Assembly: GCF_000143415.4 (NCBI RefSeq)
Contig: NW_003314355.1
Location: forward strand, 685,944-749,943
Direction: 5' to 3'
From: Selaginella moellendorffii
Lineage: Eukaryota; Plantae; Lycopodiophyta
DNA length: 64,000 bases
In this document: positions 24,816-38,741 of the stretch, piece by piece
Position numbering within the stretch: the first letter of the stretch is position 1
Layout of the letters: each line of letters starts with the position of its first letter
Notes under the pieces: model-generated
Told to the model about the DNA's origin: nothing
What the model saw: only the letters and a program-made list of their open reading frames with translations
The model's database searches: none
Program-made: the position numbers and the translations under genes

Positions 24816-27800
24816 TGGTATCGGAGCAAATGGTATGAGTTCAATTCCCATTGATTTGTAGCTACTTAAAAATATAATATCCCCTTTAGCAAGGTATATT
24901 CCTACTCTTAAATTTGAAATCGTACATATTATGCATCCATGCATATTTCCTTTCTCTTGATGGAGCATTTACAGACGAAGGTATCCACTATGGGACATCT
25001 CTTTTATCAAGCAATTGCCCCTTTTCCAGTTGGTTTAAAGGGAGAGAGATAGGTTGTGCTATAAACAACCAAACTCAGTTGATGGTGACATTCATAACAC
25101 ATGGTACAACTCCTCATACTCTTGGTGCCAATCCTCATGTTCGACCAGAGTTCTTTTATGTGAATCCTGGGGATGATGTGTACTATTGATTTGATCACTT
25201 CACAGTGATTGCCATATATCATTTTTAGGATGATGCTTGATGTTTGTATGAGTTTCCCACGTGTCTCCAAGGGATGGCACTAAAATGGTACAATGGTTTG
25301 AGTGTAGCCACTTGTGGGGATTGGAGTGTTTTTCTGGACGTTTTCAAATGCATATTTAGATATGCCAATGATTGTGATGATGCCTTCCAACAATTGCATC
25401 ATTTTTTTCAAAGGCCATATGAGTTGGTGATACAATTTGGCATTTGTTTCTGAAGCCTCTTGTTTTGTGCAGAGCTAAATATGTTGAAGCGGATCAAGTT
25501 AGTAATGTTGTGGCTAGCACTTTGTCAAGATTTTGTTAGACTTGTGCATACACTTGCTCCAGCAACCCTTAACAATGCTCTTTGCTTGGCACAACGTTAT
25601 AATATATCATCTCTTCCACTTCTCACTGCATGTCCTTTAGCTCCACTTCCTGTGGGTGAAAGCCCTGTTTCAATGGAGGTTGATGCTGCTACTGCTTGAG
25701 TCCAAGGACAAAGGTGATGATGTAGTTGTGGCCGTGATTTTCGCTGCTAAGCATATGATGAAGTTGGTCATACTTATCGGCATTGTCAATGTTTTCCAGA
25801 TTGGCAGCCTCCATTTCCTAGGTGGAGACCTTGGCGTTAACAATGTTCTGTTGGTGCTGCTGCAATGGAAGGTTTGGACACCGAGATGCATTTGAGAAAT
25901 GAGGAGTCGTGCGAGTAATGGAGGGACCTTATGCAAATAAGCTAATGACCCTTTTATCTTTCTTTTGGGAGTATTATCAAGGGTTTACTTTGCACCAGTT
26001 CATTCAGTGTTTACTTTTTATGCTTGTTTTTATAACAAAAGGTCTCATATTATTTTCTTTGTATTGGTTGATACAAGTTCAAGTTTATCTTCTATTGCTT
26101 GATTTGTTGCCACACATTGTCGTCTACACTTGTGTCGTGTAGTAGAGCCAGTTTTCATTCTTTATGGCAATGGTTGTACACATGCATGTGCACGAGATGA
26201 GGCAAACTTAGTTGTGCATGTGGGTGATCTCGAGCTTGGGTTGCAATCATTGCAAGTGGTGTTGAGTTAAGCTTTTGACCTCATCTTTGGTATGGATTGG
26301 TTACAGTGTAATCATGTTAAGTGTGACTTTGAGGCTTCTCCCCTTTGTCTCATACTTCTTTATATTTTATCCATTCCTTTCACTTCTTTACCTTTTTATC
26401 CCTTTGTTTCTACCTTTGCTTCCATTACTTTTGTCTCTCTACTACTTCCTTCCATATTTCTGTCTTGTTCCACTCTTCCCTTTTTAGATCCCTCCAACAA
26501 TCTTTGTGTTGTAATGGTTGATCGGCTCATAAAGGAGTATGTCGACCTCTTTGAATTTGACTTATTGTCTGGAACCAAAATTGCCACATGTCATACAATT
26601 CCAACTGAGGATGTTTGTTTAATCAAGGTTCCTATTCGTCATCAATCACCCAAAGAGATTAAAATTTTACATACAAATGTCAAGAAGATGTTGGAAAAAT
26701 GTGTTATTCAAAAGTTGCAGAGTCCTTAGGTATGTAAACTTCATCTTGTGATGAAACCTGATGGGAGTATTCGATTTTGCATCGACACTCGACCTTTCAT
26801 TTTACGTGTGGATGCTTTTGATATTAATCTTGAAGGTGTATTGATGCAAAAGGGCCTGAGTGTGCTTGGTCAACACCATCCTATTGCATATATAAACTAT
26901 ACATTACAACTAGTGAATGTGAACTACTCCACAACAAAGAAGTGTTTAGTAGTAGTTTGGGGTTTTAAGAAACTTTATATATATTTACATGGTTCTCGAA
27001 TATTACTAGAAGGTGATCATGTTGCTATTACTTCATTATTGAAGTAGAAAAACCTGGTTAGTTGTACTGCTCAGTGGGTTTTGAAGCTTCAAATATATGA
27101 TTTTGATGTTTTTCATCATTTGGGGAGTTCTATGGCTAATGCTGATGCCCTTTCTTGAGCTCCTCTTCCTTCTTCACTCTCTTCTCATGTTTCTAATGAG
27201 CCTGTTATTCTAGCATCTATGGGTTTTCTTAATGAGGATTTTATGCCGTTGGTGGTTGTTGTACTTGACATTCAGTGTCCACAAGGTGTAGAGCAAAATC
27301 TACCTTTCCTTGACGAGGTTTATGAGGTTCAAAAGATTGACCCATGGATTTGAAGGCTTCGAGATAGGTTTGAGAATCTTGCATCATTTGCTGATGACTT
27401 GCCATTTTGGCATTTACATTCTCAATATTGTTTTGAAGATAACCTTCTTTATTTTGTGAGGATGGATCCTGATGATCATTTATGGTTGATGGTGCCTTCA
27501 ATCTTTATTCCATGGTTTCTTCATGCCTACCATGATTCTCCTGTTTTAGGCGGGCATATAGGACATCATTGTGTGACTGAGAAGTTTCACAGATCTTTCT
27601 ATTAGCCGGAGATGTGACATGATATTATCCGGTATATGTGTAGCTGCATTTGGTGCCAAACTAATAATACTCCCCCTCATGCTGCAGAAAGACAGTTGGG
27701 GTCAATTGTAGTTTCCCATCCATTTGAGTTAGTGGCATTTGATCTTATGAGACATTTTTCACGATCGATTGTTAGCAATGAATATGTTATTATTGCTTCT

Positions 27801-28943
27801 GACTAATTGACTCACTGGGTGGAAGTTGGTGCTTTTGCTAGCACCTTTACAACTGTTGTTGGATATTTCTTCCTTAATCAAGTGGTGTTCCAACATTCTT
27901 GTCTAGAGTGGATACTTTTGGATAATTGTCCTGCATTTATGGCTAAGGCATTTCATGTTTTGATGTCTCGGTTGGGGGTATGTTACATTTTCATGTGTTT
28001 ATCATTCATAGTTAGATGGTTTGGTGGAATAGCTTGTTCGGAATTTAAAAGGATGATCACAAAGTACGTGAACTTTCAACATTTAAATTGGGATGGTTAT
28101 TTACTGTATCTTTGGTATGCATATGTTATAGGGGTGCAAAGTTCTATTGATGCTTCACCATATAAACTCTTATATAGTCATGATCCCATATTACTAATAG
28201 AGTTGGGTTTACCTTTGTGATTGCTACGAGTTGCCGATGCTAAATCGTGGGATCAATATTTGATAAGCATTCTTCCATTTGTTTGAGCAGAGCTTGCCAA
28301 ACATCTAGGCCACGTACAAATGGGATAACAATGACATTACAACTCCCATCATCATTCATCTATGGAGTATAAATTGGATGACTTGGTCTTAGTATGTTTT
28401 CCCCATCTTATAGTACATGATTATCTAGGGGGCTCCTTACTCAATGGAAAAGATTGTATCAAGTGTTGCAGCAAGTTGAACCGCAAGTTTATGAGGTTCA
28501 GCATGATGTCTAGCAGGCTGATCCTTTATAAATTATGCATGTGAAGCGATTGAAACACTTCGTACAAAGGGATCATGAACAATTGGTACCACCTACCAAT
28601 ACCTCCTCCTAATGTTCCTCTAGATCCCAGCCCATCTACGAGAGAACCCTGATGGTCTTCCATTATTTTGAGATGAGGGGATGATGTGAAGTCTAAGTGT
28701 ACGGTTACGATGCCGTATACTAATATTAGTGTAGTGGGATTTTAGTAGGTGTTGGATTAATTTTAATTCGGACCATTCGCTCCTATATATAAGCTAGGGT
28801 TTGTAAACTAATTGAGATGCATATATTCCATATTCCCTTTCCATATTCCATGCACTCACAATATGAGTAGTTTTGGCATTCTCCTGCATTAAAATAGGCT
28901 TCAATTTGGTATATTAATTATACCAGGTTTTAAAGAATTTACA
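24816..28943 (+). mobile_element. Old degenerate Ty3/gypsy element with the RT core deleted
   Basis: PBS-like TGGTATCGGAGC at 24816; gag, protease, RNase H and integrase remnants with many stops. KPDGSIRFCID joins directly to TRPFILRVDA. PPT ~28671-28684; LTR-like from 28685. Ends approximate. Confidence 0.8.
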
Positions 28944-31900
28944 TGATAATATTTCTGAAAATCTAAATTAAGTTTATTCATATTTAATTACAGTTTACCT
29001 CTATCTATCATTAAAATATAAAAATTATTTTAATTAGAATAATTAATTGAGATTCAGCTTATATAGAATTTTCTTATATTTTAGTTTTTATAAATATTGA
29101 TATACCAATATTGTGCATGAATCTTTGTAGTAAAACATATGGACTACCCAATCAACTAGTTCAATGGTTTTATAGAAACTTTTTGTCACTTAAAAATTCA
29201 CATTCAGGTTAGCATATAAAACTTTGATCAAATTATTATTTTCTTTATAACAGATGAGGAAAAAAGCATGTTGATAATATTTTACAAAAAATTAAAAAGA
29301 AATAAGTTGTAAGAAGTTTTAAAATAATAATATACCAATCTTTAATTCTCATCTTATTATTTTTTAAATTTATTTTCCAACTGATTCAGAAGTAAATTTC
29401 AAAGAAATTGGAGTAAAATTATTATATTGTAAATATAATCTCCTTAAGAAGTTTCTGTACTTTTTAAAAATGTTTAAACATATCAAGTATATAATATGAT
29501 TCTTTTATGACTCAAATAGAATAAAAATTCTAATTAATAGTACATATACTTAATTGAATTTATATCTAATATATAGCATTATCAATCATGGCAGCGTTTA
29601 CTTATCTTGATTAATTTATTACATTTGTGTGTGTGTGAGATAGAGAGGTTTCAATTGTATGGCTACAGTGCCATATACTATTATTAGTATAATAAGATTT
29701 TGATAGTCATTTGATTGATTTAAATCTAAACCACTCACTTTTGTATATAAGCTAAAGTTTGAGTTAATCAAATATGATTTTTTTTTATTCCATTTATGTA
29801 TTCCATGCACTTATATTGATGGTAAAAAGAGGCACATGTGATTGTCTCTTAAAGAGTGGTTGGATTTATACTTTTGTGTAAATTTAGCTTTTGCATTGTT
29901 TAGATCTCTCTTGTTTCTATAGTTCTCTTTTGTTTTTCATTTTCTTTTAATTCCTCTCATGGCATAATAACAAACTCCTCCTTTGCAGTTGCCTCATCCT
30001 CCTCTAACTTTGGATTAGTTATTAATGAAGTTGCTCAATGCTATGTGGCTATAGTTGACCAATTTGATTTAGTTGATCATGGTGTTTATAGCATATAGTG
30101 CAGCTCTACTTGCTTTTGTTGCCAATGCTTGTATCTAGTCAGATTTCTTTTATAGGAATCTTATATAATTAGTTTGATCATTTTATGGCAATTGCCACTT
30201 ATCATTATTGGGATGATATTCGATATTTGTGTTGCGAATGCAATTGTGGGTATGGAAAGTTATCTATTGGTTAGTTCTTTTGGATATTCTTTCCCTACTG
30301 CCATGATGGCAGGAGGTTGGTATTGCTAAACCCTTTATTAGTCCTCATTATTCAAAACTTGATTTAGCATCAATACTTGGTCAAATAAGCATAAGGAAGG
30401 AATTCCTAAGTATCTATATAGCCAAACATACTTGATTTAGCTTGTTAATTCTTGTTTGCTTTGTCTTGCATTGGTTTGACAAGAACCCCTACAATTTTGA
30501 GAATGGTTTTTTAATATTTGCTAGATGATAGCTTACTATGTCTACCAAACACCTTGCTATCATGCCTTTTGTGTTAGTCCTATTTAGTCTTAATTACTAT
30601 TTATAGAAAGTGTTTACATTTGCTAATTTTGCATATTTATGGAATCTAGAGATTGTCCTAAACATAATGGTGTTGATCCCGTGTCCAAATTTGCAATTTA
30701 GTGCCATTCCATAATCAGTAAATTTCAAGTTTATTCTCTTAGTTCTAAGGGTGACTAGTGTGAAAGCCCAAAGCATGCATTCTTTGGGGGGGGGGGGGTG
30801 GTTTGTAGAGGGTTTTAAATGTATAGTAGGGATAGTGGGTAAGTTAGGTATGGTTCTCTTGTTTGTGTGTTTGTCTTTGTTCTATGTTTGGCTTGGATTT
30901 AAGCCTAAGTTCCATACCATGCTAGCTAATGGAATACCCATATCCCCATATTAGGCCACCAGTATACTTAAATAGTGCTAGACTTTTTTTGGCTCTGTTT
31001 TGCATGTTAGTTTTGGCATAGGGATGTTGAATGTTCTAGCATTATTCCAAGTCGCTCCATATTCCTGTTCCTTCACTCTTTGGGTTAAACACTCAGGAGT
31101 TGTTTTGTGCTCTGGTTTCTTTACTCCTTAATTGCAAGCTTAAGAGTTTAATTCTATTTCTTCATTTAGTGGCCCAAGGCCTGGAAACTTAGGTTCCACT
31201 CCACTGTCCTTAGACATGTTATATATGGCATGTGGTATGTGACTTGTGGCACATGGAGGGTTTAGATTCCACTTCATGGTAATTCTATGATAAATCATCA
31301 TAGGATAAAGGGTGCTATATGTGCTTAAGTTTGCTTAAACCATATATGCTATAGTTTACTTAAGTTTCTTATATATGTAAGCCACAAATTTTTCCTTTCC
31401 AATTTGCCAGCTTACCTCGTCTATTCGTCCAACACTGCCTTGGCTTTTGCTAAGTTCCCTTGCCAAGGTTCTCGCCTATGGTACCAGCTCCTACTTGGTT
31501 TCAGCTACTCACTGCACGAGCAACGGAGTGTTAGCCATCCTTCCACGGATTCCCAAATCACTCTCAATCCCCCTCCCCGGGTTAGATTGGACTTAAGGTT
31601 CGGCTACACTCCCCGCAAGCACAAGCAGCCAAGCACACCAAGCTTCCAGGTTCCTAACATCCCTTGGTACCACAAGACTTGATCATGGGACCCTCTAAAT
31701 CCCAAGTCTTGAGTGCAACACTTGCTTCGGGACGCCGGGGCGAAACACCGTGGCCTAACGGCCCGGTATGGGTACCTCTCGCCCCCCACTTCCATCCCGA
31801 AGGAAGGCCCAAGCCCCTAGGAAGGGCGAGGACCAATGAGCCGCATGGTACTCAAGTGGGGCACCACTCCACATGAGCCGGGAGCACCGCAATTGGTTTC

Positions 31901-32977
31901 CCTTTCGGGAGTGGGAGCTGCTCTTGAGCACCTCCTTGGATGGCCCCTCCGGCACCAGCCAAGTCCATGCTCACTCCCACCCAAGGCCCCTCGGTCCCAG
32001 TCCCAACCTCAAGTCGGTTTGGAAGCCCAACTGGAGAGTTCCCTTCAAACTGGTTCCTGGACCTCACTATCCCTACTATACTTTTGGAACCCCCTGCAGC
32101 CCCCCCCCCCTGGGAGAGCACGCTTTGGGCTTTACCCCTTGAGCCGTATTAGTATTTGGACTTAGTCTCTGGCTTGATCTCGGACCCGATTTCGGATCCG
32201 ACTTCGGATTCGGGTTCGGACTCGATCACGGACTCGATCTCGGACCCGATCTCGGACCCGACCTCGGACTCGACCTCGGACTCGGTCTCGGACCCGATTT
32301 TGGATCTCGGACTCCGTCTCGAACTCGGTCTCGAACTCGGACTCGAACTCGGTCCCCGAGTCGGTCTCGGACTCGATTCCGGACTCTATCTTGAACTCGG
32401 TCCTAGAGTCGGTCTTGGACTCGATCTTCGACTTGGTCCCATCCGATGAACTCTTTGTCATTTTGGTCATGCTTTCGGGGTTCCTTTAGCCTACGACACC
32501 TCGGCGAGTTGGTTCCTTACAACTCCACCACCCATAGAAGAAGTTCGATGCCCACATCGAACGTCTCATTTTATCCTACGACTTGTTGACCATGTCTCCG
32601 GGGGCATCCCCCCACTTAGCGGTGTGCCTAAATTAGCCTCCCCGGCCAAGAGCCCATGACAATGGAATATAGGTGTCCCTATACTCCTCACCTCACCACG
32701 CCCTAGTATAGGGTCGGGACTTGAACCCAGCCTTGCTTTACTAGGGGGTTGGGACTCGAACCCAACCTTCGTAGAATACGTTTACGGATTCGACATCCCC
32801 GCAGGGAGTCGGGCGTAGCTCCCTACGCCTGGTCGACCTAGCTAACCCATGCTAATTAGCTCACCTTCGGCGCGCCTTCGGGTCCCAACATATGCCACTT
32901 GCTCAACTTTGCAAATTGATATTTTTAATTGAACTTTGCATAAGTACATAGAGTTCTGCCTTGCAGAAATTCCTCCA

Positions 32978-35900
32978 CTAATCCTCGCAAGAAATTACTT
33001 GGTCCTTGCGAAGCAGATCCTCAAAGTACGGCTTGAGTAAGTTCACATGGAACACTGGGTGCATCTTCCCCATCTCTCGAGGAAGTCGGAGTCGGTAAGC
33101 CACTTTACCGATTCGTGCCTCAATCTCGTAAGGCCCCGCGAACCTGCTTAAGGAACTCAAGATCAATTCATTTACAGGAATACATGCATTTTTACCTTTG
33201 GGTCAACTTTCGGCTGATCCCACTTGGTAGCCTAAGGTTCTTGGTGTTCAGCCACACCTTCTCCCCAGCTTGGAACTCTACATCCCGGCGCTTTAGGTTC
33301 GCGTACTTGGTTTGCCTTTGTTGAGCCCGTTCCAAGGAATCCCTCACTAGATTCCAAATGTTGAGTCTTTCCGCCGTGAATGCCTCCACTGCGGGTAACT
33401 CTCCATGATACTCGGCCACGCCGAGTTCCACAGGACCTTCAATAGCTCGCCCATTGATGACTTCCCATGGACTCACCCCGATACTCGAATGTGGTGAGTT
33501 GTTATAACACATTTCCGCAAGTCCCAAATGACTTACCCAATCGGTCTGGTCTCCCGCGACATAGCATCGCAAATAATCCTCCAGCTGCCTATTCACCCTT
33601 TCCGTTTGTCCGTCTGTCAAGAAGTGTTAGGACCACCAAACTTGACTTAATACCCCATACCTGTCTGTGGGTGATAGGCTGTGCTGAATTTCAACTTGGT
33701 GTGATACTGTTCCAGGAGGGTCCTCCAGAACCTACTAGTGAAGATCTTATCTCGATCTGAGATAATCTCCTCTGGCCTTCCCCGCACTCGAACCACTTGT
33801 TCGAAGAACAGTTTCGCCACACTTTCCGCATCCACCTCCGTTGTGGTGGGTATGAAATGTGCCATCTTCGAAAATCGATCCACCACCACGAATATCGCAT
33901 CGAATCCCTCACTTGGGGGTAGTCCCGTGATGAAGTCCATCGTGAGACATTTCCACGGACGATCTGGAATTGGGATGCTTTGCAACAAGCCCCCACTAGC
34001 CTTAGTCACGGCTTTGACCTGCTGACATGTTGGACATGTCTTTACATAGTCTTGGACGTCCTTAGCCATATCTGGCCAATGGTACTTCCTCTTGAGGAAG
34101 CCCATCGTCTTGGGCACTCCGCCGTGTCCCGCAAGAGGTCCGTCATGACACTCTTCTAAGGCTACCTTCCTTAATCCACCTTCTGGAACATACACCCTCG
34201 TTTGCTTGTAATAAATGAGTCCATTGCGTTCCGCATAGCCCGTTTTCTCTTCCGTTGGCGGCTCACCTCTCTGGTGAGCTTCTCGTGCCTCCAGATTCCT
34301 CAACAACACTTCTTGTGCTAGACCATCGTTCTCATATGCTGTCCGCACATCGTCCCAGAAGGTTGCTGTTGCGCTGGAGATCGCCAACCTCAAGCTCGCT
34401 TTTCGACTTAGCGCATCTGCCACGATGTTGCTCTTCCCAGGCTTGTACAGAATCTCGCAATCAAACTCGGCCAAGGCATTGGCCCACCGACCTTGTTTCC
34501 CTCTCAGGTCGGGTTGTGACAAGAAGTGTTTCGTTGCCACATTGTCCGTGTAAACCTTGAAGTGTCTCCCAAGGTAGTGTCGCCACTCCTTGAGCGCCTT
34601 GACCATCGCAAACAATTCCTTCTCGTGGGCAGGCCACTTCCATTGAGCCTTGTCCAGCTTCTTCGAGAAGAACGCTACTGGATGGTTGTCTTGCTTCAAA
34701 ATTGCGCCTAACGCAAAGTCCGAAGCATCCGTGTCTACCTCAAAGTCCTTACCAAAGTCCGGTAATGCCAACACCGGAGCCTTCCTCAACTTCCCTTTGA
34801 GGTGGACGAATGCCGCCTCGCATTCCGCTGTCCATACCATCTTCCTTTTTCTCGTTTGATCCGTTAAGGGCAGGGCTACTCTCGAATAGTGTCTGATAAA
34901 CTTTCGATAGTAGTTGCATAGCCCCAAGAACGCCCTCAACTCATGTACATTCGATGGTCGCTCCCATTCCTGGATCGCTTGGACCTTCTCCGGGTCCACC
35001 TTGAGCCCGTCCTGGCCCACCACATGCCCGAGAAACTTTACCTCTTGTTGAGCAAAGTCACATTTGCTCTCTTTAGCATACAGTTTATGTTCCCTTAGTT
35101 TCTCAAACACCTTCGCCAAGTGTTCGGCATGCTTCTTTAGCGTCTCGCTATAGATCAGGATGTCGTCAATATAGACGACTACAAAGTGATCCAGATAGGG
35201 TACAAAGATGTGGTTCATCAATGCCGAAAACGTTGCCGGCGCATTGCATAGCCCAAAGGGCATCACCAAAAACTCAAAGCTCTCATACCTCGTTCGACAG
35301 GTTGTCTTCTCGACATCTTCCTCGGCTACCCTGATCTGGTAGTATCCTGACCTTAGGTCAATCCTTGAGAAGTATTTTGCCTTTCCCAACCTATCGAACA
35401 GGTCCTCAATCCTTGGCAACGGGTACTTGTTCTTCTTGGTATACTTGTTGAGCAACCGGTAATCTATGCACATGCGCATAGATCCATCTTTCTTTTTCAC
35501 AAATAATACCGGCGCCCCATACGGCGACTTGCTCAACCTAACATACCCTTTGCCCACCAACTCCTCTAGTTGGCACTTGAGCTCCTTGAGTTCTTTTTCG
35601 TTCAAACGATAGGGGGGACGAACCACCGCCTCAGCGCCCTCGACAAGCTCAATCTTATGTTCTATCGGTCGTGCGGGGGGCAACCCCACTGGTAGCTCCT
35701 CCGGCATGGTATCCTGGAATTGGTCCAACACTCGCTGGATCACTAAAGGCACTTCTTCCGTTCTTGTCTTTTTGTCACTCTTCACCGAGAGTAAGCACAA
35801 AAAAGCTGCCTTAGTTCCTTTAGTGAGTTGTCCTCTCGTGGACACCAGGTTCAAGCATGACTCTTTGGCCTTGCTTTGCCCTACCTTTAGATCCTGGGCC

Positions 35901-36265
35901 TCCACCCTAGATCTTCTTCCTTGGGCATTCGCCAATACCACAAGGTTCCTACCTTGTCCATGCAGGGCTACCACGAACCGATTAAACCAATCCATTCCGA
36001 AGATCACATCAAATCCCGCCATGTCCAAGACGGTGAAATCCATGTCCACTTTCCATGTCCCCACTTCGACTCTCGCTTGTCGAAGTACCTCATCGGTGCT
36101 TTGGCTACCCTGAACAAACTCTATAGTCCTTGGTTCGCCTAGCCGCTGCACCGTTAGTCCGGCTTGCCGGACTATGTCTGCAGCCACAAAATTATCCGAA
36201 GCACCCGTGTCAATAAGGATCTTAACAAAGCTACCTCCGAGCTTCCCTCGGAGGGCTAGTAGATG
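32978..36265 (-). CDS. pol: Pol (protease-RT-RNase H-integrase), split by two predicted introns (33614-33660, 33144-33195); chromodomain missing
   Basis: [29 protein letters not shown] and DRDKIF motifs; splicing restores HPQTDGQTER and KLTQRFAGPY. Confidence 0.9.
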
Positions 36266-37534
36266 TCACGAACGACTCTCTACCAAAGTTGCTCGTGTAA
36301 TGAGTAACTTTGAGTTAGGGACTGGATCACATACCTCAGTTTGGACTTCACCCGACTTGATGGCCATATTGGCTCTGGCCTTCTTCGGGTAGGGACATTC
36401 CCTCGAGAAGTGTCCCGCTTCGCCGCAGTTGTAGCATACGTTGTTTCCCACGCTGCTATACGACTTGACCTTCTTATCCGTGGGTTTGTCCTTTTTCGCT
36501 TGACTCCCCCACGTACTCGCTCGCTGGCCACCGGATTTGCCTTTCCGGAACCCCGAGGACTCATTCTTAGAGAAACTCCTTTTGAATTTCCCCTTGCTAT
36601 ACGTTCCCCTTGGTTTGGCCCCTTTGCTAAATGTGGATCCCGACCCCGTCGTGTTCCCCTTTCGCAGGTTATCGTTGAAATGCACCTTGATGGCCGCATC
36701 CAACGCTTCCTTGTAGTTGGTCGGGTTCCACCTCATCACCTCACCGCGAGCCCAGGTTTGCAAACCTGATATGAAGGCATGGAACGCATCCATATCCCCC
36801 ATGTCCGTGACAAGTATCCTCTTTGCCATGAACCCATTCACATATTCCTGGATGGTTCCTGTCTGTTTCAGCCTACTCAGTTCATCCCTCAGATGTAGAG
36901 TGGCATTCGGAGGAACATATGTTGCGCGGATCCTCGCCTTCATCATGTCCCAAGTGACCACCGGTCCTTCGTTGGCCTCCGTTGTTCTCCACCAAGACTT
37001 GGCATTATCTGCCAAGTATGGTTTTGCACATGGGACCTTCTCCGAGCTTGGTAACCGCAACACTCGGAAGTAGTCCTCCATATCGTAAAACCAATCCTCC
37101 ACCACCTTATAGTCATTTACTCCCTTGAAGACCGGTGGGGGCTTTGGTTTGTACTTGGGAACTGCCTGAGGGACTGATTCTACTTCGGTCTGTTCGACTT
37201 TGTCTGGTTTTGCCTCAGTCCCGGCCGAAAGATCCGCACCTTCTGCGCTGCCAGCATCCGCAGTCTTTTTCTTTTTCTTCCGCCTCTCGTCACGCTTTAG
37301 CTTGCGTACGAGAGTTTCCAGCAGGGCATTGGTCTGTGCCAACTGTCCTTCTAGCACGTCCAATCGAGCCTTGGACGACCGAACCTCGCCACCGGACTCC
37401 TGTTTGGAGGTTTCCTCACTGGAGTCCTCCTCATGCAAGGATTCCTCATCCATAGCCTCTTGTTCGACCGGAGGCTCCAGCTCTGGCGGAGGTTCCGTCT
37501 CCACCTGGGTTCGCTTACGCCCTGCCCTTGCCAT
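36266..37534 (-). CDS. gag: Gag with CCHC zinc knuckle
   Basis: Retrotransposon gag core and CYNCGEAGHFSREC. Confidence 0.93.
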   Translation of the reverse strand: MARAGRKRTQVETEPPPELEPPVEQEAMDEESLHEEDSSEETSKQESGGEVRSSKARLDVLEGQLAQTNALLETLVRKLKRDERRKKKKKTADAGSAEGADLSAGTEAKPDKVEQTEVESVPQAVPKYKPKPPPVFKGVNDYKVVEDWFYDMEDYFRVLRLPSSEKVPCAKPYLADNAKSWWRTTEANEGPVVTWDMMKARIRATYVPPNATLHLRDELSRLKQTGTIQEYVNGFMAKRILVTDMGDMDAFHAFISGLQTWARGEVMRWNPTNYKEALDAAIKVHFNDNLRKGNTTGSGSTFSKGAKPRGTYSKGKFKRSFSKNESSGFRKGKSGGQRASTWGSQAKKDKPTDKKVKSYSSVGNNVCYNCGEAGHFSRECPYPKKARANMAIKSGEVQTEVCDPVPNSKLLITRATLVESRS

Positions 37535-38741
37535 CTCCCAGTAATCCGCCTCTATCCTTCGCTAGAACTGAGGAAAAGGCTCCGATACCAAATTGTAAGC
37601 CATAAATTTTTCCTTTCCAATTTGCCAGCTTACCTCGTCTATTCGTCCAACACTGCCTTGGCTTTTGCTAAGTTCCCTTGCCAAGGTTCTCGCCTATGGT
37701 ACCAGCTCCTACTTGGTTTCAGCTACTCACTGCACGAGCAACGGAGTGTTAGCCATCTTTCCACGGATTCCCAAATCACTCCCAATCCCCCTCCCCGGGT
37801 TAGACTGGACTTAAGGTTCGGCTACACTCCCCGCAAGCACAAGCAGCCAAGCACACCAAGCTTCCAGGTTCCTAACATCCCTTGGTACCACAAGACTTGA
37901 TCATGGGACCCTCTAAATCCCAAGTCTTGAGTGCAACACTTGCTTCGGGACGCCGGGGCGAAACACCGTGGCCTAACGGCCCGGTATGGGTACCTCTCGC
38001 CCCCCACTTCCATCCCGAAGGAAGGCCCAAGCCCCTAGGAAGGGCGAGGACCAATGAGCCGCATGGTACTCAAGTGGGGCACCACTCCACATGAGCCGGG
38101 AGCACCGCAATCGGTTTCCCTTTCAGGAGTGGGAGCTGCTCTTGAGCACCTCTTTGGATGGCCCCTCCGGCACCAGCCAAGTCCATGCTCACTCCCACCC
38201 AAGGCCCCTCGGTCCCAGTCCCAACCTCAAGTCGGTTTGGAAGCCCAACTGGAGAGTTCCCTTCAAACTGGTTCCTGGACCTCACTATCCCTACTATACT
38301 TTTGGAACCCCCTGCAGCCCCCCCCCCCTAGGAGACGCACGCTTTGGGCTTTCACCCCTTGACCCGTATTAGTATTTGGACTTAGTCTCTGGCTCAATCT
38401 CGGACCCGATTTCGGATCCGACTTCGGATTCGGGTTCGGACTCAATCACGGACTCGATCTCGGACCCGATCTCGGACCCGACCTCGGACTCGACCTCGGA
38501 CTCGGTCTCGGACCCGATTTCGGATCTCGGACTCCGTCTCGAACTCGGTCTCGAACTCGGACTCGAACTCGGTCCCCGAGTCGGTCTCGGACTCGATTCC
38601 GGACTCTATCTCGAACTCGGTCCTAGAGTCGGTCTTGGACTCGATCTTCGACTTGGTCCCATCCGATGAACTCTTTGTCATTTTGGTCATGCTTTCGGGG
38701 TTCCTTTAGCCTACGACACCTCGACGAGTTGGTTCCTTACA

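Larger units (their letters stand above)
31376..38741 (-). mobile_element. Young full-length Ty3/gypsy chromovirus-family LTR retrotransposon
   Basis: LTRs 31376-32521 and 37594-38741 differ at roughly 16 positions by eye. TSD ATATA (31371-31375 / 38742-38746). tRNA-Met-type PBS TGGTATCGGAGC at 37579-37590; PPT 32522-32535. Confidence 0.97.
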
